64,000 bases of DNA from Batkoa obscura (lineage: Eukaryota). Positions 51,936 to 64,000 of this stretch are shown one piece after another (the first letter of the stretch is position 1; each line of letters starts with the position of its first letter). The position numbers and the translations under genes were made by a program. The stretch spans positions 496,001 to 560,000 of the forward strand of contig JASVEC010000026.1 of the NCBI GenBank assembly GCA_030770535.1. Direction: 5' to 3'. The notes beneath the pieces were generated by a model that was given only the letters and a program-made list of their open reading frames with translations, did no database searches and was not told the origin of the DNA.

Positions 51936-52721
51936 ATTTTGATTAAGAAATAAATCAATTTTATAGACTTTTTTTTATAGGAATTTTTAATTTTAATTTT
52001 TGTTTTTTTTAGTATTAAACTAGATTTATTCTAATTATAGATAGATGCACGAATTAGTTATTTAGTAATAGTTAAAAATGTTTGGAATATTTCATCCATC
52101 AGATACAGAGTGCGAGTATTAACACACTGATTGATATAAATCATTGAGTTTTAAATTTAAAAATATCATAAAGTTATTAAAGTTCAAATAAGATTACAGA
52201 AATTAAAATAAATACTCAAAATTGGAATTAGTTTAAATCTCTGATTTATTAAAATATTAATTATATCAGATTCAATCTACCAGTTATAAATATCATGAGT
52301 TTAATAAAGCATGATATTTTAACACATTCTATTTAATATATGAAATATCAGTTATTATATTAATAAATAGAACTTATAGCATAAAATTACTCTTATTTTT
52401 AGATATTATATCTCAATAAATCCTATTTATAATTGATCTTTTTTAGCATAATTGAAATTTTGATAAACATTTAGTCTTAACAAAATTCTAACTTAATAAA
52501 TTGTATGTATAACAATATGTATCATATTAATAGAAATCATTTATAAAACCAAGATGCTTATATACTTGATCGATTATTTTATGATACAACTTTTTGAATA
52601 TTGAACTTTCAAAGTAAGTTTCTGATTAATACCCTCTTAGTTTTAATAGATGAAAACCATAGTATATAATTTTAAAGGATATTTCAAATTAACAAATGGA
52701 AATGATAAGAAAGAATATATT

Positions 52722-52828
52722 ATATGGGGATGAACTTTTTTGTTTAAGAATTTTAATAACAATCTTTCCACTCAAATGGCGCTTAAAAAATGGAAAAAAC
52801 AATGAAACAAAAAAACACCCCCACATAT
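52722..52828 (-). mobile_element. MITE copy 12
   Basis: ATAT-GGGGATG...CACCCCC, reverse orientation. Confidence 0.88.
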
Positions 52829-53128
52829 TGATATTTTTAATATCATTAAATGTAAAGTAGCATATTATAAATTATTTTAATGTAAAAATTATACATCAAG
52901 TGTCACTAGAATTAAAATAACTTATCAATTATATAATGTACAATTTAGGATTATAGAAACGAAACCTATATAACAATTCTTAAATAACAAATGGGAAAAT
53001 GGATTAATATAATAGCTATTTTAACATCGAGTTTAATTTTATAAAGATAGTGTAATGGACTAAACTACTTTAAAGCAGGTCAAAGTAAAACTGAGAGTAT
53101 ATTTGCTAAACTTTATCATGAAACTTAT

Positions 53129-53168
53129 TAATTATGGTCTTTCTAATTATGGTCTTTCTAATTATGGT
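53129..53168. repeat. 15-bp tandem repeat (TAATTATGGTCTTTC x2.7)
   Basis: Direct reading. Confidence 0.85.
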
Positions 53169-53238
53169 ATTTAATTTTTATAGTAAATTTTAATGCTTTT
53201 AAATATGGAAATTACCTAAAATGAAGAAAAATAATCAA

Positions 53239-53345
53239 ATATGGGGATGTTTTTTGATTTCATTATTTTTTCCATTTTTTAAGCGCTATTTGAGCGGAAA
53301 AGTTATTAGTAAAATCCTTAAAACAAAAAAAATACATCCACATGT
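53239..53345 (+). mobile_element. MITE copy 13
   Basis: ATAT-GGGGATG...CATCCAC-ATGT. Confidence 0.88.
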
Positions 53346-55439
53346 ATTTATTAGATTTTATAAGAAAAACCTTGGAGGAGAATAGTTAGAAAATAATTTA
53401 TCCTTTTAGATAACATCATCCCTATTTTAAAGTAAATGGTAGCGGAATGATTTATTTAAATTCACTCTCACACATTTCCTATTTTCCTTCGAAGTTTCAA
53501 ATACAAAAATATACAATTTTATTAATATTTACAATATAAGAACAATTTAACAACAAAATTCAATTTCAAATTAATTTATAGAAAAAATTTATTTAAAGTT
53601 ATGTAGGATTGGATAATCTAGTAAAATATTTTTTTGGTGTAATTTTCCTAATTAAGAGTTGTTAGTAAATTTACAAAATAAAGCTTGTTTTTTATTTATA
53701 ATTTCTACATTCTATTGAGTATGAGTGAGTAATGGATTACTTTTCATTTAAAGATGATTCTTTTTTAAAGTTATAAATATGCATAAAAATAGAACTTGCT
53801 TTATGAGTCTTATTATGTATGTTAAAGCTTTGACCATTGACAAGGTCATACTTCAAAATCTTGTATTTCAATTAGTTTAAACGTTTGGAAATATACCATC
53901 AAAACCATACTAGAACAATCGAGTTGTTTAGAATTGATACTGTTTTATTTGTATTAAATATAAACCAATTTTTATAAATAAATATTATAAAATAGAAATA
54001 GCCGAATAATAAATAAATTATCATATTTACTGCAATGCAAGTGATTGAATCAAAAGTTAAAAATAGATATCATTATATTTTTAGATCGATCCATCTTGTT
54101 ACGTCGAATATAGAGCAAAGGTACAAATAATATGACTAACATTTATATCAATACTCTGGTTTATGAGTATATTCTAGTTTAACTGATTGGGTAGAAATTG
54201 TGAATTATCATATACTTACATTCATTACTAATTAATTAAATGAGAGTGAAATAAAAGTTTATAATAAATTGATTGTACTAATCGATTGAATTTGCTAAAA
54301 AAAATTGGAACTCTACTTGCATTTAATTTTCCTTATATTTTAATTGATCTAAGTCCATTTACAGGATTGGATAAATAAAGCTATTTATCATCAATATTAT
54401 CACTATTTTTAAAAAAAGTATGTACTGATAACAAATTTAAAGCGTGGTCACTATATTTACAAAATTGAGTAGTATCTTACTTAAATTATAAGTCTAGATT
54501 TAAAATAGCATGCTTTTATTTATTATATAAAACTTAAAGGAATGACATATTTCTCTATATCATAATAATAAAATTTCCCTGGATTCATTAACATTATGAT
54601 TCTATAGTTTCTTATACCATTTAAGTAAAAGAGCGCACAGCATATTCTATCTAAAATAATTAATTAAATATAACTTTTGCAATCTATTTTCATTTTTATA
54701 ATTTTCCTAATTCAAAGATTTTATAGCATAGTTAATAAATGCTATCTTAATAATTTTTAGTTATAACTTGTTGTATTTTAATTGATTTTCATATCAATGA
54801 AATTTAATTAATATCTAATATATACAGTATAATTTTTTGTACTACATTATTTCAACTTTAGTTCTAATTTAAATATAACAAATTTACTAAATATTGATTA
54901 ATTGAAACCATATTGAGATAATGTTAATGGAATGTGGCATAAATTGTGATATGATATTTAGTAATTATTATAATTTTATAACTACACTTTTTGGAGTGGC
55001 TTTTTAACCTTTAGTATTATAAAATTTATTAATCAAACTTGATCTGAGGCTCATTACTTTGTGAGTTTATACTTTGTCTTATATTGACTACTAGTTCACT
55101 TTCTAATCAATAATGACTAGAAAGTTAATTATGTTCCAATTGTAAATGGATTTATACAATTTAAGACAAATAGCTGTTCTAGAATCAATAATTATAATTA
55201 GCAGTATGAGCTAATAACCCGGTTTAATCGTACTTTAAAAACTTCACTAATTTACTAATATAGATTGTTAAGTTGGTTTACTCCATGTACAAATATAGAT
55301 GCATGCTATCAAGAAAAACAGTCTGAATTTGCATCATCTCAGGTTTCTAAAAAGTATATAAAGAATAAACAAATAAAAAATTAGAATTAAAATTAAAACT
55401 TTAGTTATTCAAATTAGTAGATATTTAATAAAATAGAAA

Positions 55440-56300
55440 ATGATGGACCAAAAAGCCTTTGATCAATTAGCTACCCATGCTTGTGATGACTGCCGTAAAC
55501 ATAAGCTTAAGTGCAGTAAAGAACAACCGATTTGTTTAAAATGTGCAAAAGTAGGAAGGCAATGTGTTTATGGTTATATCCCAATGAAAAGGGGACCTAA
55601 ACCAAAAGCGCCTATTGATATGGATTGGGCTTGGCATAAGCCTGAGAAGGGCCTTATTTGTTTTCCTTTAAAAGAGAAAAAACAATCTGAAATAACTTGG
55701 GCCCAGTCTAGTGAGTCAAAATCCCAAAGTATCCAAACTACGCCTTCAGATCTAATGTTTATGGGAAGTAGTAGTGATTCTATTGAACCTATCTCAATAC
55801 CTATATTAAGTCCTATTACTTGTGAAGTAAAATCAAATGTAGTCTTTTCTCCCGATTTTTTGAGTAACTGCTTTAATCCAACATCAGTGCAAGTTAGCAA
55901 CATCGTTAATTTTATATTAGAAAGTGAACTTAACTTAGACCTTGGATTTCAACAAGTTCATTGTATGTTACATGATCATCCCACTATTGTAGTTTTATTA
56001 AATGATAATGAAATATTATCACTTAGTTATTATTTTTATAATGTTAATAATTATTTGGGAATAATAAGCTTACATGAATTCTATGCATTAATTAACATGG
56101 CTGATAATCGATTTTTGACTTTTGTAGTGAATTCGATGCTTTTAATAACTGATATCTCTATTAATAACTTAGAGTCTATATTAAGGGCTAGCTCTAACTT
56201 TATCCTTGATACTTCTCAAATTACACTACATGATAAAAATCCATTATATATAGCTGGTATACATTTATTTCAGTTAGCTAATCTCTCTCTCTCTAATTAA
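55440..56300 (+). CDS. Zn(II)2Cys6 (Gal4-type) transcription factor, intronless
   Basis: ACDDCRKHKLKCSKEQPICLKCAKVGRQCVY followed by KRGPKPK. Confidence 0.9.
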   Translation: MMDQKAFDQLATHACDDCRKHKLKCSKEQPICLKCAKVGRQCVYGYIPMKRGPKPKAPIDMDWAWHKPEKGLICFPLKEKKQSEITWAQSSESKSQSIQTTPSDLMFMGSSSDSIEPISIPILSPITCEVKSNVVFSPDFLSNCFNPTSVQVSNIVNFILESELNLDLGFQQVHCMLHDHPTIVVLLNDNEILSLSYYFYNVNNYLGIISLHEFYALINMADNRFLTFVVNSMLLITDISINNLESILRASSNFILDTSQITLHDKNPLYIAGIHLFQLANLSLSN

Positions 56301-58463
56301 TTGTTTTCTGTTTTTTGTTAATAAAAATTTTAGTCTCAAGTTGTAAAACTATATATCGTCGCTTTAGTATACTTTCTTTAACATTTTTATTTGAAAGCTT
56401 TTAATTCTAAATAGCTATACCTTTTTCTTAATATGAATTATTAAATATCTAGTTTCTATAACCACTGGGCTAGATTCAATTTCAAGGTAGTAATTTATAA
56501 GTAATCTATTCTAGTGTATAATTATATATTTTTTTTCACGTTATAAATATTAGAATCAATAGTAATGATATAAAGCTAAATGCAAAAGATATTCTATCAT
56601 TAGAGTATTTAATAGTGACTTCTGTTAAATTTATTATATTGTAATAAAAAACAAGATAAGTAAAGGGAGTTATAAGAGCCAAAGTCTCATTTGTTTTTTT
56701 AGGATTTTTATATATAGCCAATCCAGCAATCAAAGTAGCAAAATAATAAACGTAATCATAATAACAATATAGCTAAATATGAAATTTATCAAAAAAGTTG
56801 TAAACAACTCCTATATAAATTCAAATACAAATACAAATAATTCAAATGCAATTTTGACTGTAAAAAGAAGGGAAGTAAGTTCCCTTTTTTAACACTGAAT
56901 GCTAAATATCTAACAACCAGAGTAAACCGTAATAGTAATTTTATAGCCCACTTTATTAAAGTTGTTTAGGTGAATTTATAAAATAATACTCTATTCAAAA
57001 CTATAACATACTCATTGAATTGTGACTTTTAACTTATTAAATCATGCTTCATAGCCAAATAGCTCTAAATTATGTCACGAATTTATAAAGATTCCTTTTA
57101 TACTATACTAATCGGTATATTTTTGCACTATAAAATCAACTCATAAAAGAGGCCACTCTTCACTTATTATTGGTGATTGAGTATCTGTATTTTATCCACA
57201 GTTCCAAAATTAGAAAGGCTAACTTTGTATTACAATATCAGGTACTTGGATTAAAAAAGTCAATGTTGTATCCCTTAGGAAAATATGATCAAAAAGGTTC
57301 TTATCCAAATTAAAAATAACAGTAATTGAAATAAAATTTCGGTAGGGACCCATCTTCAAAATTTTAAAGTAAAATTTATTCAATACTTATTGTAAGTCTC
57401 ATACTTAATTTAACTGTCAATCCCTACTTTTATAACTTTAATTAAATATTATCATTATTTTTATAACAAAATTTAGCTGTCTTTCCTTTTTGTTTGTTTA
57501 ATAAAAGCTGTAGCTATCACTTAGGCCTAGTTCTATATACTATTAAATTAGTGCTTAAATTACAACTGACTATAAGAACAAGTAATGCCTAAAGCTTTAT
57601 GAGAATTAGGTGGCTATATTTATTAAAAAGCATAAAGTATATAAATTAGCCCAAATACTAATAGCAGTATCAGAAAAGAAAGTAAACTCCTTTATCATTA
57701 AACATTAAACAAAGATGTATCAAGTAATCTCAGCTAAATAGGTATTTTATATATAATAAAAGCGGTTATCTAATAGTACAACATTTCGCGATTAATTTGG
57801 TTCTAATGCCCTAATTTAACCATAAAATGTTATATACTAATTGGCTCTACTTTAAATTAGCTTGTTATAGTTTATAATGCCAAGAAATATTCGCCATGAG
57901 CTACTATATACTATTACAAGCATTAATATATAAATTTATCAGTTATGAATTTGCGCTTTACCAAGTTATATTTAAATCTACGATTGATTTTTGTTAACAA
58001 TATCAATTATAAGTTTAACAAATACTTTTTAATAATATATCTAAACACTTCTTTAACACTCACTACCTCTAAGTATAGTTGTATCCAAGGATCTAACTCC
58101 AGATTTCAAAAATGATATAGTACTCGTACATTGTATTTATAAAATCTATAAAGACAATTATTGGTTTGTGGTTTATGAAGCTATTATTAATTATGCATAA
58201 AACTTGTTTATTAGCCTTTTTATTAAAGCTTAATTTTACGCTAAAGTAACACTAACCAATCTCATAGAGCTAAACAATTACTTTCTGTTGAGTATTTGTA
58301 GTTTAAAATAATCATTCGCATGTAAAATAGGGGAACTAATACTATATTTAGTCACTCATAATCCACAAATCTTTCTAAATTAAGCTGACTTTGTAAAGAG
58401 AAAACTGCACTTTCCATACCTATCGCCAAAAACTCTTAATCTCTTCGACTTTAATAAACTAAG

Positions 58464-58568
58464 ATATGGGGATGTTTTTTTTGGTCTCATTACTTTTTCC
58501 ATTTTTTAAGCGCTATTTGAGTGGAAAGATTGTTAGTAAAATTCTTAAACAAAAATACATCCCCATAT
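58464..58568 (+). mobile_element. MITE copy 14 (close to consensus)
   Basis: ATAT-GGGGATG...CATCCCC-ATAT. Confidence 0.92.
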
Positions 58569-59800
58569 GGTGATTTTCGTATACAAATAATCAAAAGGAG
58601 TGAAAATAGGATGAGTGGCTTAATATCTAAAAGTTGATATTGATATTTCCATTTGGTACAGGAAGGTATTTATTTATACTTTTTAGATGAAATATAGTGA
58701 AATGAGGCGTGAGCATTTGTATTAGGTAGCCTAACGTTTATAACAACTTCTGGAATCCTCGCTTTCGGCGACTCTAGACTAAAAAGCTCTAATTAAATAA
58801 ACCCTATGTAGATTGGACCTAGAGTTATAATAACTTTTATCCGAGTGAGCGATGAATTATGATTTTTGGGTATTTTGTCAAATTTACTATTATTTTGGAA
58901 TTTAAAATTTACTAATAGCTTGTATAGACTCCTTAGCCATCTATGGTTTAAAATACCTTCAGACATACACTATAAGACATTTTCTAATTGTTTTCGCAAT
59001 CAATCGTAAATAGAACCTGCTATCTTTTTTTGTTATTTATGATAAGTTTAAAACAATGAATATCACAAATATAATTTCTTAAAGTTGGAAATATCAAAGT
59101 AAAGCTAAGTTCATTTACAGCTATTAAAAGCCAAAAACCTAAAGCAGTATAGGTATATAAAGTATTAGGGTCATTTTTAAGTATTTTAATAATATATTAG
59201 CTATTATATAAGTATTTTTTATAGTATGTTTATATTATATTATTATCATCATAAACCTAAAAAATAAATGTGATATTATATAATCTACAAATTTAGTACG
59301 AACTATTTTTTCAATTGGTTATGATAGAGTTATTAAACTATAAATTCAATATCTTGATATACACAGCATAGGGATGATTAGTCATGATTAATCTATTGTA
59401 TTTGTTAGTTTGATTTTTATTTATTACTTTTAATATAAAATAAGTAAAAATCAAGACTTACCTTCAATGATTAAATAAAGGGTAAGAATCAACATGTTAA
59501 AAAGATACTATTTTAATCACATTATCAAAAAAACAAAGTCTATCGTAAGCAAAAAAATCCTTTTAAACTCATTTATAAATAAACCTAGCCAGGCTATATC
59601 TACATTCATCATTTGCATAAAAACTTATAAACTTCTTAGTTTAGCTAACAAGTACCTAATGCAGGTTTCCATAAAAAGTAAAAATAAAAAATACTTATTT
59701 ATAGGAATAATATGAGAGTCAGATCCAAACTTCGAATACTATTTGATTACTTTTTAATTACAAAAACTCATTATAAGACATTTTGGAGTTTAAAACTTGT

Positions 59801-59907
59801 ATATGGGGATATATTTTTTTGTTTAAGAATTTTACTAACAATTTTCCCGCTCAAATAGCGCTTAAAAAATGGAAAAAGTAATGAAACCAAAAAAAACATC
59901 CTCATAT
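59801..59907 (-). mobile_element. MITE copy 15
   Basis: ATAT-GGGG...CATCCTC-ATAT, reverse orientation. Confidence 0.9.
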
Positions 59908-61386
59908 CTTGCTTTATTATTCATTTGCCAATGGCTTTTTTTCTGAATGCAAATAAAGAAAACCATAATATGAAATAAAGGGTAAATTTCAGCTTCTTCG
60001 AATGATATTATAGGTTATATATATATAATATGTTAAACATTCATCTTAATTCATAAATAATTTATAAAACCTCTAAAAAATATTCTTTTAATAGCATTTT
60101 GATTATAGTCTGAGATATCGAATAATCAGGCGAGTTTGAATAAAGCGGGAATTTTCTCTTAAAAATATTCCTTTTTATAGGAAGTTCTTTAATAAACTTT
60201 ACTTTCTATATTGATAAATATATATTATATATGTATATTTGTGATCAGATGTTACCTAATAAAAAAATGTTTATTATATTTGGGACGGAAATAATATAAA
60301 CATCATATACGTTTATGCTATAAACAGGTATTCAAATAGATTTGTATCTATGTAACATGTCACTTTTTATCACAAATTATTTTGCACAATTTCTCAATAT
60401 ATAAGAAACTTGTAATATATAATTGATAGCTTAGTCTAAGTTATTGAAATATATTATTTTAGAAATTCGGACAATTCGATGCCTTTAGGAACTAATACTA
60501 GGACACTAATAATAGTTTAAGGCATGTAAATAATAATATGATGGCATTTAAGATTCCGATTGAAGTACATTATTATTTGAACAAAGTCTTTATTTATTTT
60601 TATGGTTTATTGGGTAATCTATTTTATGATTGTAGCTAGATTAAATTTAAATAAATGTATCTTTTATGCTCAGATAAAATCTAGTGTATTTTATTCATGT
60701 TACCATAAAATCTGTGTGCAATTGACCATATGAAAAATCGCACAAAATTTATTGCCATGTAAAAACTATAAATCGTTTATATCCTGGTTGATATTAATAT
60801 AGTAAATGCTAAAATATCAGTGCTATAACTTAAAGGTATGGGTAAGTACCTAAGCATGAGATACTTAAAGCCAATGATGAATTTTAGTATGATAAAAAAG
60901 CGATGAAAATTAGAATTTGATAGGGGAACCAATCTTTGTTTCATTTATAAGTATATGGTAATTAGGTATTCAATGTATTCCATATAAAATAAAAACTTAT
61001 GAGCTCTTTTTCAGTAAAAAAACCCATAGCTCAATGTTATATAAAACTTCATGAACAACTCAAAATTAAACTATTGCAGTTAAGCTTAAGTCATTACTTA
61101 CAATTTTGATTAATTTCAGTCAATATACAATAATCTTCGTAGTCGTTAAGGTCAGTCAAACTAATTTAGAGCTAAGCTTTAATTTACTACAAAAATCAAA
61201 AGAATGATAATTTATGTAAAAGCCTGAAAATATTTTTACTTAGTGTTTGTGTTGCTCTTTATTTTTATATAATTATGAAAAAGTAAAATACTCTGACTCG
61301 TTGCCAAATAAAATTAAATAAATATACTTATGGGAAAAACTGTTTTATTTTTCATTATTTTTTACACATTTTTAAAGTTATGTAAT

Positions 61387-61493
61387 AAATGGGGGTGTTT
61401 TTTTTGGCTTCATCGCTTTTTCCATCTTTTAAGCACTATTTGAGTGGAAAGATTGTTAGTAAAATTCTTAAACACGAAAATGCATCCCCAAAT
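61387..61493 (+). mobile_element. MITE copy 16 (a degenerate half-copy precedes it at ~61329-61377)
   Basis: AAAT-GGGGGTG...CATCCCC-AAAT. Confidence 0.9.
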
Positions 61494-61629
61494 GTTTAAA
61501 AGAAGACATTCTGATATCTTTTATAAATCTTTACCAGTTTTTACTATATTAAACGGAATGAAGTTATACTTTAATGTTAAAAAACAAGTGCAGAAAGATA
61601 ATGGTTTAAAAGTGATTTATTTATTTGTT

Positions 61630-61724
61630 ATATGGGGGTGTTTTTTTTGGTTTCATTACTTTTTCCATCTTTTAAGCGCTATTTGAGTGGAAAGATGGAA
61701 AAAGTAATGAAGCCAAAAAAAACA
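61630..61724 (+). mobile_element. Rearranged MITE copy 17: left half fused to an inverted left half
   Basis: TTTTTTTTGGTTTCATTACTTTTTCCATCTTT ... AAAGATGGAAAAAGTAATGAAGCCAAAAAAAA. Confidence 0.85.
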
Positions 61725-62725
61725 ACAAAAAAGCTTCAAATATTTAGTATTACAATTGTTAATCATCAACCCTATAAATTTTAAAATTATAATATTGAAC
61801 CGATTATTTATTAACATAAATATGATATAAACGATATTAAACAAGTGTTTATATTTTTTGCTATATAGCTTATAGCAAGATATGAATATGGATGATAAAT
61901 AACAGCTGGAAAAGCATTGTTTTTAAACTTAAATAGCTCCGGAATGTATTTAAAAGCACAATTCTCATTAAAACCTAATTCAACTGTTTTTTATCAACCA
62001 ATTTAACATTACTATCAACAAAAGGATTAATAAAGGCCCAGTTTTAATTTTTATATCAATCAAATCCTTACACATTAACAAAAAGAGAAATCCTTATGAA
62101 CTTTTTGTTTTTAAATAGAAAACGTCCAATTTTATATATAGAGCATTATAAAACAATTTCATCCAGTTTTTCTGATTTCTTTTATGTTAATTTATTCACA
62201 ACCATGATTTACTTTGGGAATTTTGAGCTCATCCTTAAATTTAACTACATAGTTTCATTATTGTGATAGAAATAATTTGTGTATCTTAAAAGTCCAGGAA
62301 AATCCGCTGTGAGTGTTTTACATTCACTATCTTCTGCAAGATGGTAATCCCATTATTATATATAAAAGATCAAAACATTGCACTTTTGCCTTTGGTAATA
62401 GAACCATCCAAATGAAGGTCAAAATTTTAATAACGCTTTTGTCTTTTTTATGCTTCTTTATAAGTCATTATTTCAATCGAGTTCTTAAAGAAAAAGGCCC
62501 ATATACTTTGATTAAGACAATTACTTCTATATTGCAACAACTTAATAGAAGTAAATCATTTGTTGTTATAAAGTCAATTAAATAATCTATTGATTTACCT
62601 AAACTCAATTGTCCAGGTTTGTTAAAGGTACACACCGTTTGTAATAAATTCAGTTTTAAAAAATATCTAATCTTTTTAATCTGATTTATGAAAATTTATA
62701 CAAGAACAGTGTTTATTGGCCAATA

Positions 62726-62828
62726 ATATGGGGATGTATTTTTGTGTTTAAGAATTTTACTAACAATTTTTCCACTCAAATAGTGCTTGAAAGATGGAAA
62801 AAGTGATGAAACCAAAAACACCCCATAT
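62726..62828 (-). mobile_element. MITE copy 18
   Basis: ATAT-GGGGATG...CACCCC-ATAT, reverse orientation. Confidence 0.9.
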
Positions 62829-62939
62829 ATTTAGTAGATTAGACATAGAGGAAGTAACTTTAAGAAAATCGAATTACTCATGCTTTTCCAATCCTATTTA
62901 GCTTAAACAGCTGTTCATTAGAGTTCAGGTTAAAAAAAG

Positions 62940-63046
62940 ATATATAGATGTATTTTTTTGTTCAAGAATTTCACTAGCAGTTTTTCCACTTAAATAGCGC
63001 TTAAAAAATGGAAAAAGTAAGCAAACCAAGAAAAACACCCCCATAT
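62940..63046 (-). mobile_element. MITE copy 19 (one TIR degenerate)
   Basis: Consensus internal sequence; CACCCCC-ATAT end. Confidence 0.85.
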
Positions 63047-63294
63047 TGCATTCAATAAAATGTAAAAATAAACTTTTTTTAAAAAAAATTTGATCTTAAT
63101 ACTTCAATTGTATTGAAATGCTTTTTATTAGCTCCTTTTTTCTCATTGTCATTTTTGTTGAGTTAATAAACATTTATTTATTTTGAAAAAAAATCAATGA
63201 AATTCTAAAAAATAATAAAGAACAAATATATTTATAGTTTCTCAAAATAACAATATGTTTAATCTAATCAAAATTTTAAAAAAATTTTAGACTA

Positions 63295-64000
63295 TTATTC
63301 TAGAAGGATGTTAGAAAGGCCTAAGGCATGAAGTATAGTAGCAGCTAAAATAACAGTTAAAAATAAAAGGCGAAGTCAGGAGAAAAAATTACCTTGTTCT
63401 TTTGCTTCTTCATCAGGATTTTCAAAAAATGTAGATTTGATTAGTTTTACTGGATTATTAACTAGTCTAGGTATAAAAAAATTACCAGCAGTTGCAATTT
63501 CCATCAATAGAATAATTTGACATGCATCTATATAATCAACTTGGTTTTTGAAGCACAACCTTGCATGTGCTTGAGCTAAACGAATCAATGCTTCTAAAAA
63601 TCTTACTGTGGTCCTAGATTTATCCTGCTCTTTCATTCTTACTAAATGATAATACTTAGTAAATATTAGATCTACTTCTTTACTGATTCTTGGCTGATAT
63701 TCATTTTGTACATAATTGATGTAATCCCTTAATTGCTCAATGTTAAACTCGGTGTTATTTTCATCGCTTTTAACTCCATCTAATTCTCTCATTAATATAT
63801 AATCGGCAATTTTACTATGTCTATTATTATCTATTGAATTAAATAAAATCATTTAAATATTACTCATCCCATTCTAAATCTTTATCATCTAATATTATCA
63901 AAATCATATCAAAACGTGATAACAATGGTCCCGCTAGTGCTAAATTTGTACTCAAACTTTGATTGGGATCATAATTCCCTTTTGGATTTGTTGCTGCTAA
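63295..64000 (-). CDS. MCM9: 3' part of an MCM9-type DNA helicase; 5' end lies outside the window
   Basis: [37 protein letters not shown] (arginine finger, MCM9-like context), [23 protein letters not shown] 63295-63297. Confidence 0.82.

Noticed and set aside
56536..56760. Small hydrophobic minus-strand ORF
   Set aside because: No ATG start or motif support; may be a relic or compositional noise.
784..63046. CRISPR-like or SINE interpretation of the ~100-bp repeat
   Set aside because: Copies are dispersed, in both orientations, with TIRs and TSDs. There is no spacer array, no Pol III boxes and no A-tail.

Overview
Very AT-rich, intron-rich eukaryotic DNA from an early-diverging fungus. A Conidiobolus-like Zoopagomycota origin is inferred from the gene content and the rhodopsin-like 7TM gene. 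Two dense housekeeping islands alternate with gene-poor accessory tracts. The first island (1-10.4 kb) holds a Pkh/PDK1 kinase 3' end, MsrA, RanBP9/10, tRNA-Ile(AAT), prefoldin 5, PRP46, MDM34 and U4 snRNA. The second (33.6-52 kb) holds a GATA factor, a 2OG-Fe(II) oxygenase, ATP5, an RlmN-like gene, CCT6, RPA12, SLY1, NOP10 and BFR2. The accessory tracts (10.5-33 kb, 52-63 kb) hold intronless genes (ankyrin, 7TM receptor, Zn2Cys6), a GH72/GAS pseudogene, gene relics, two inverted solo-LTR-like units and most of about 19 copies of a ~100-bp MITE. The window ends in the 3' part of MCM9. Highlights are a U12-type AT-AC intron in prefoldin 5, a spliced bacterial-type RlmN radical-SAM RNA methyltransferase, a GGGG...CCCC MITE with true 4-bp TSDs, an inverted LTR pair identical over 363 bp but diverged outside it, and a U4 snRNA with a variant Sm site. 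All identifications are by eye from motifs; no database searches were run.
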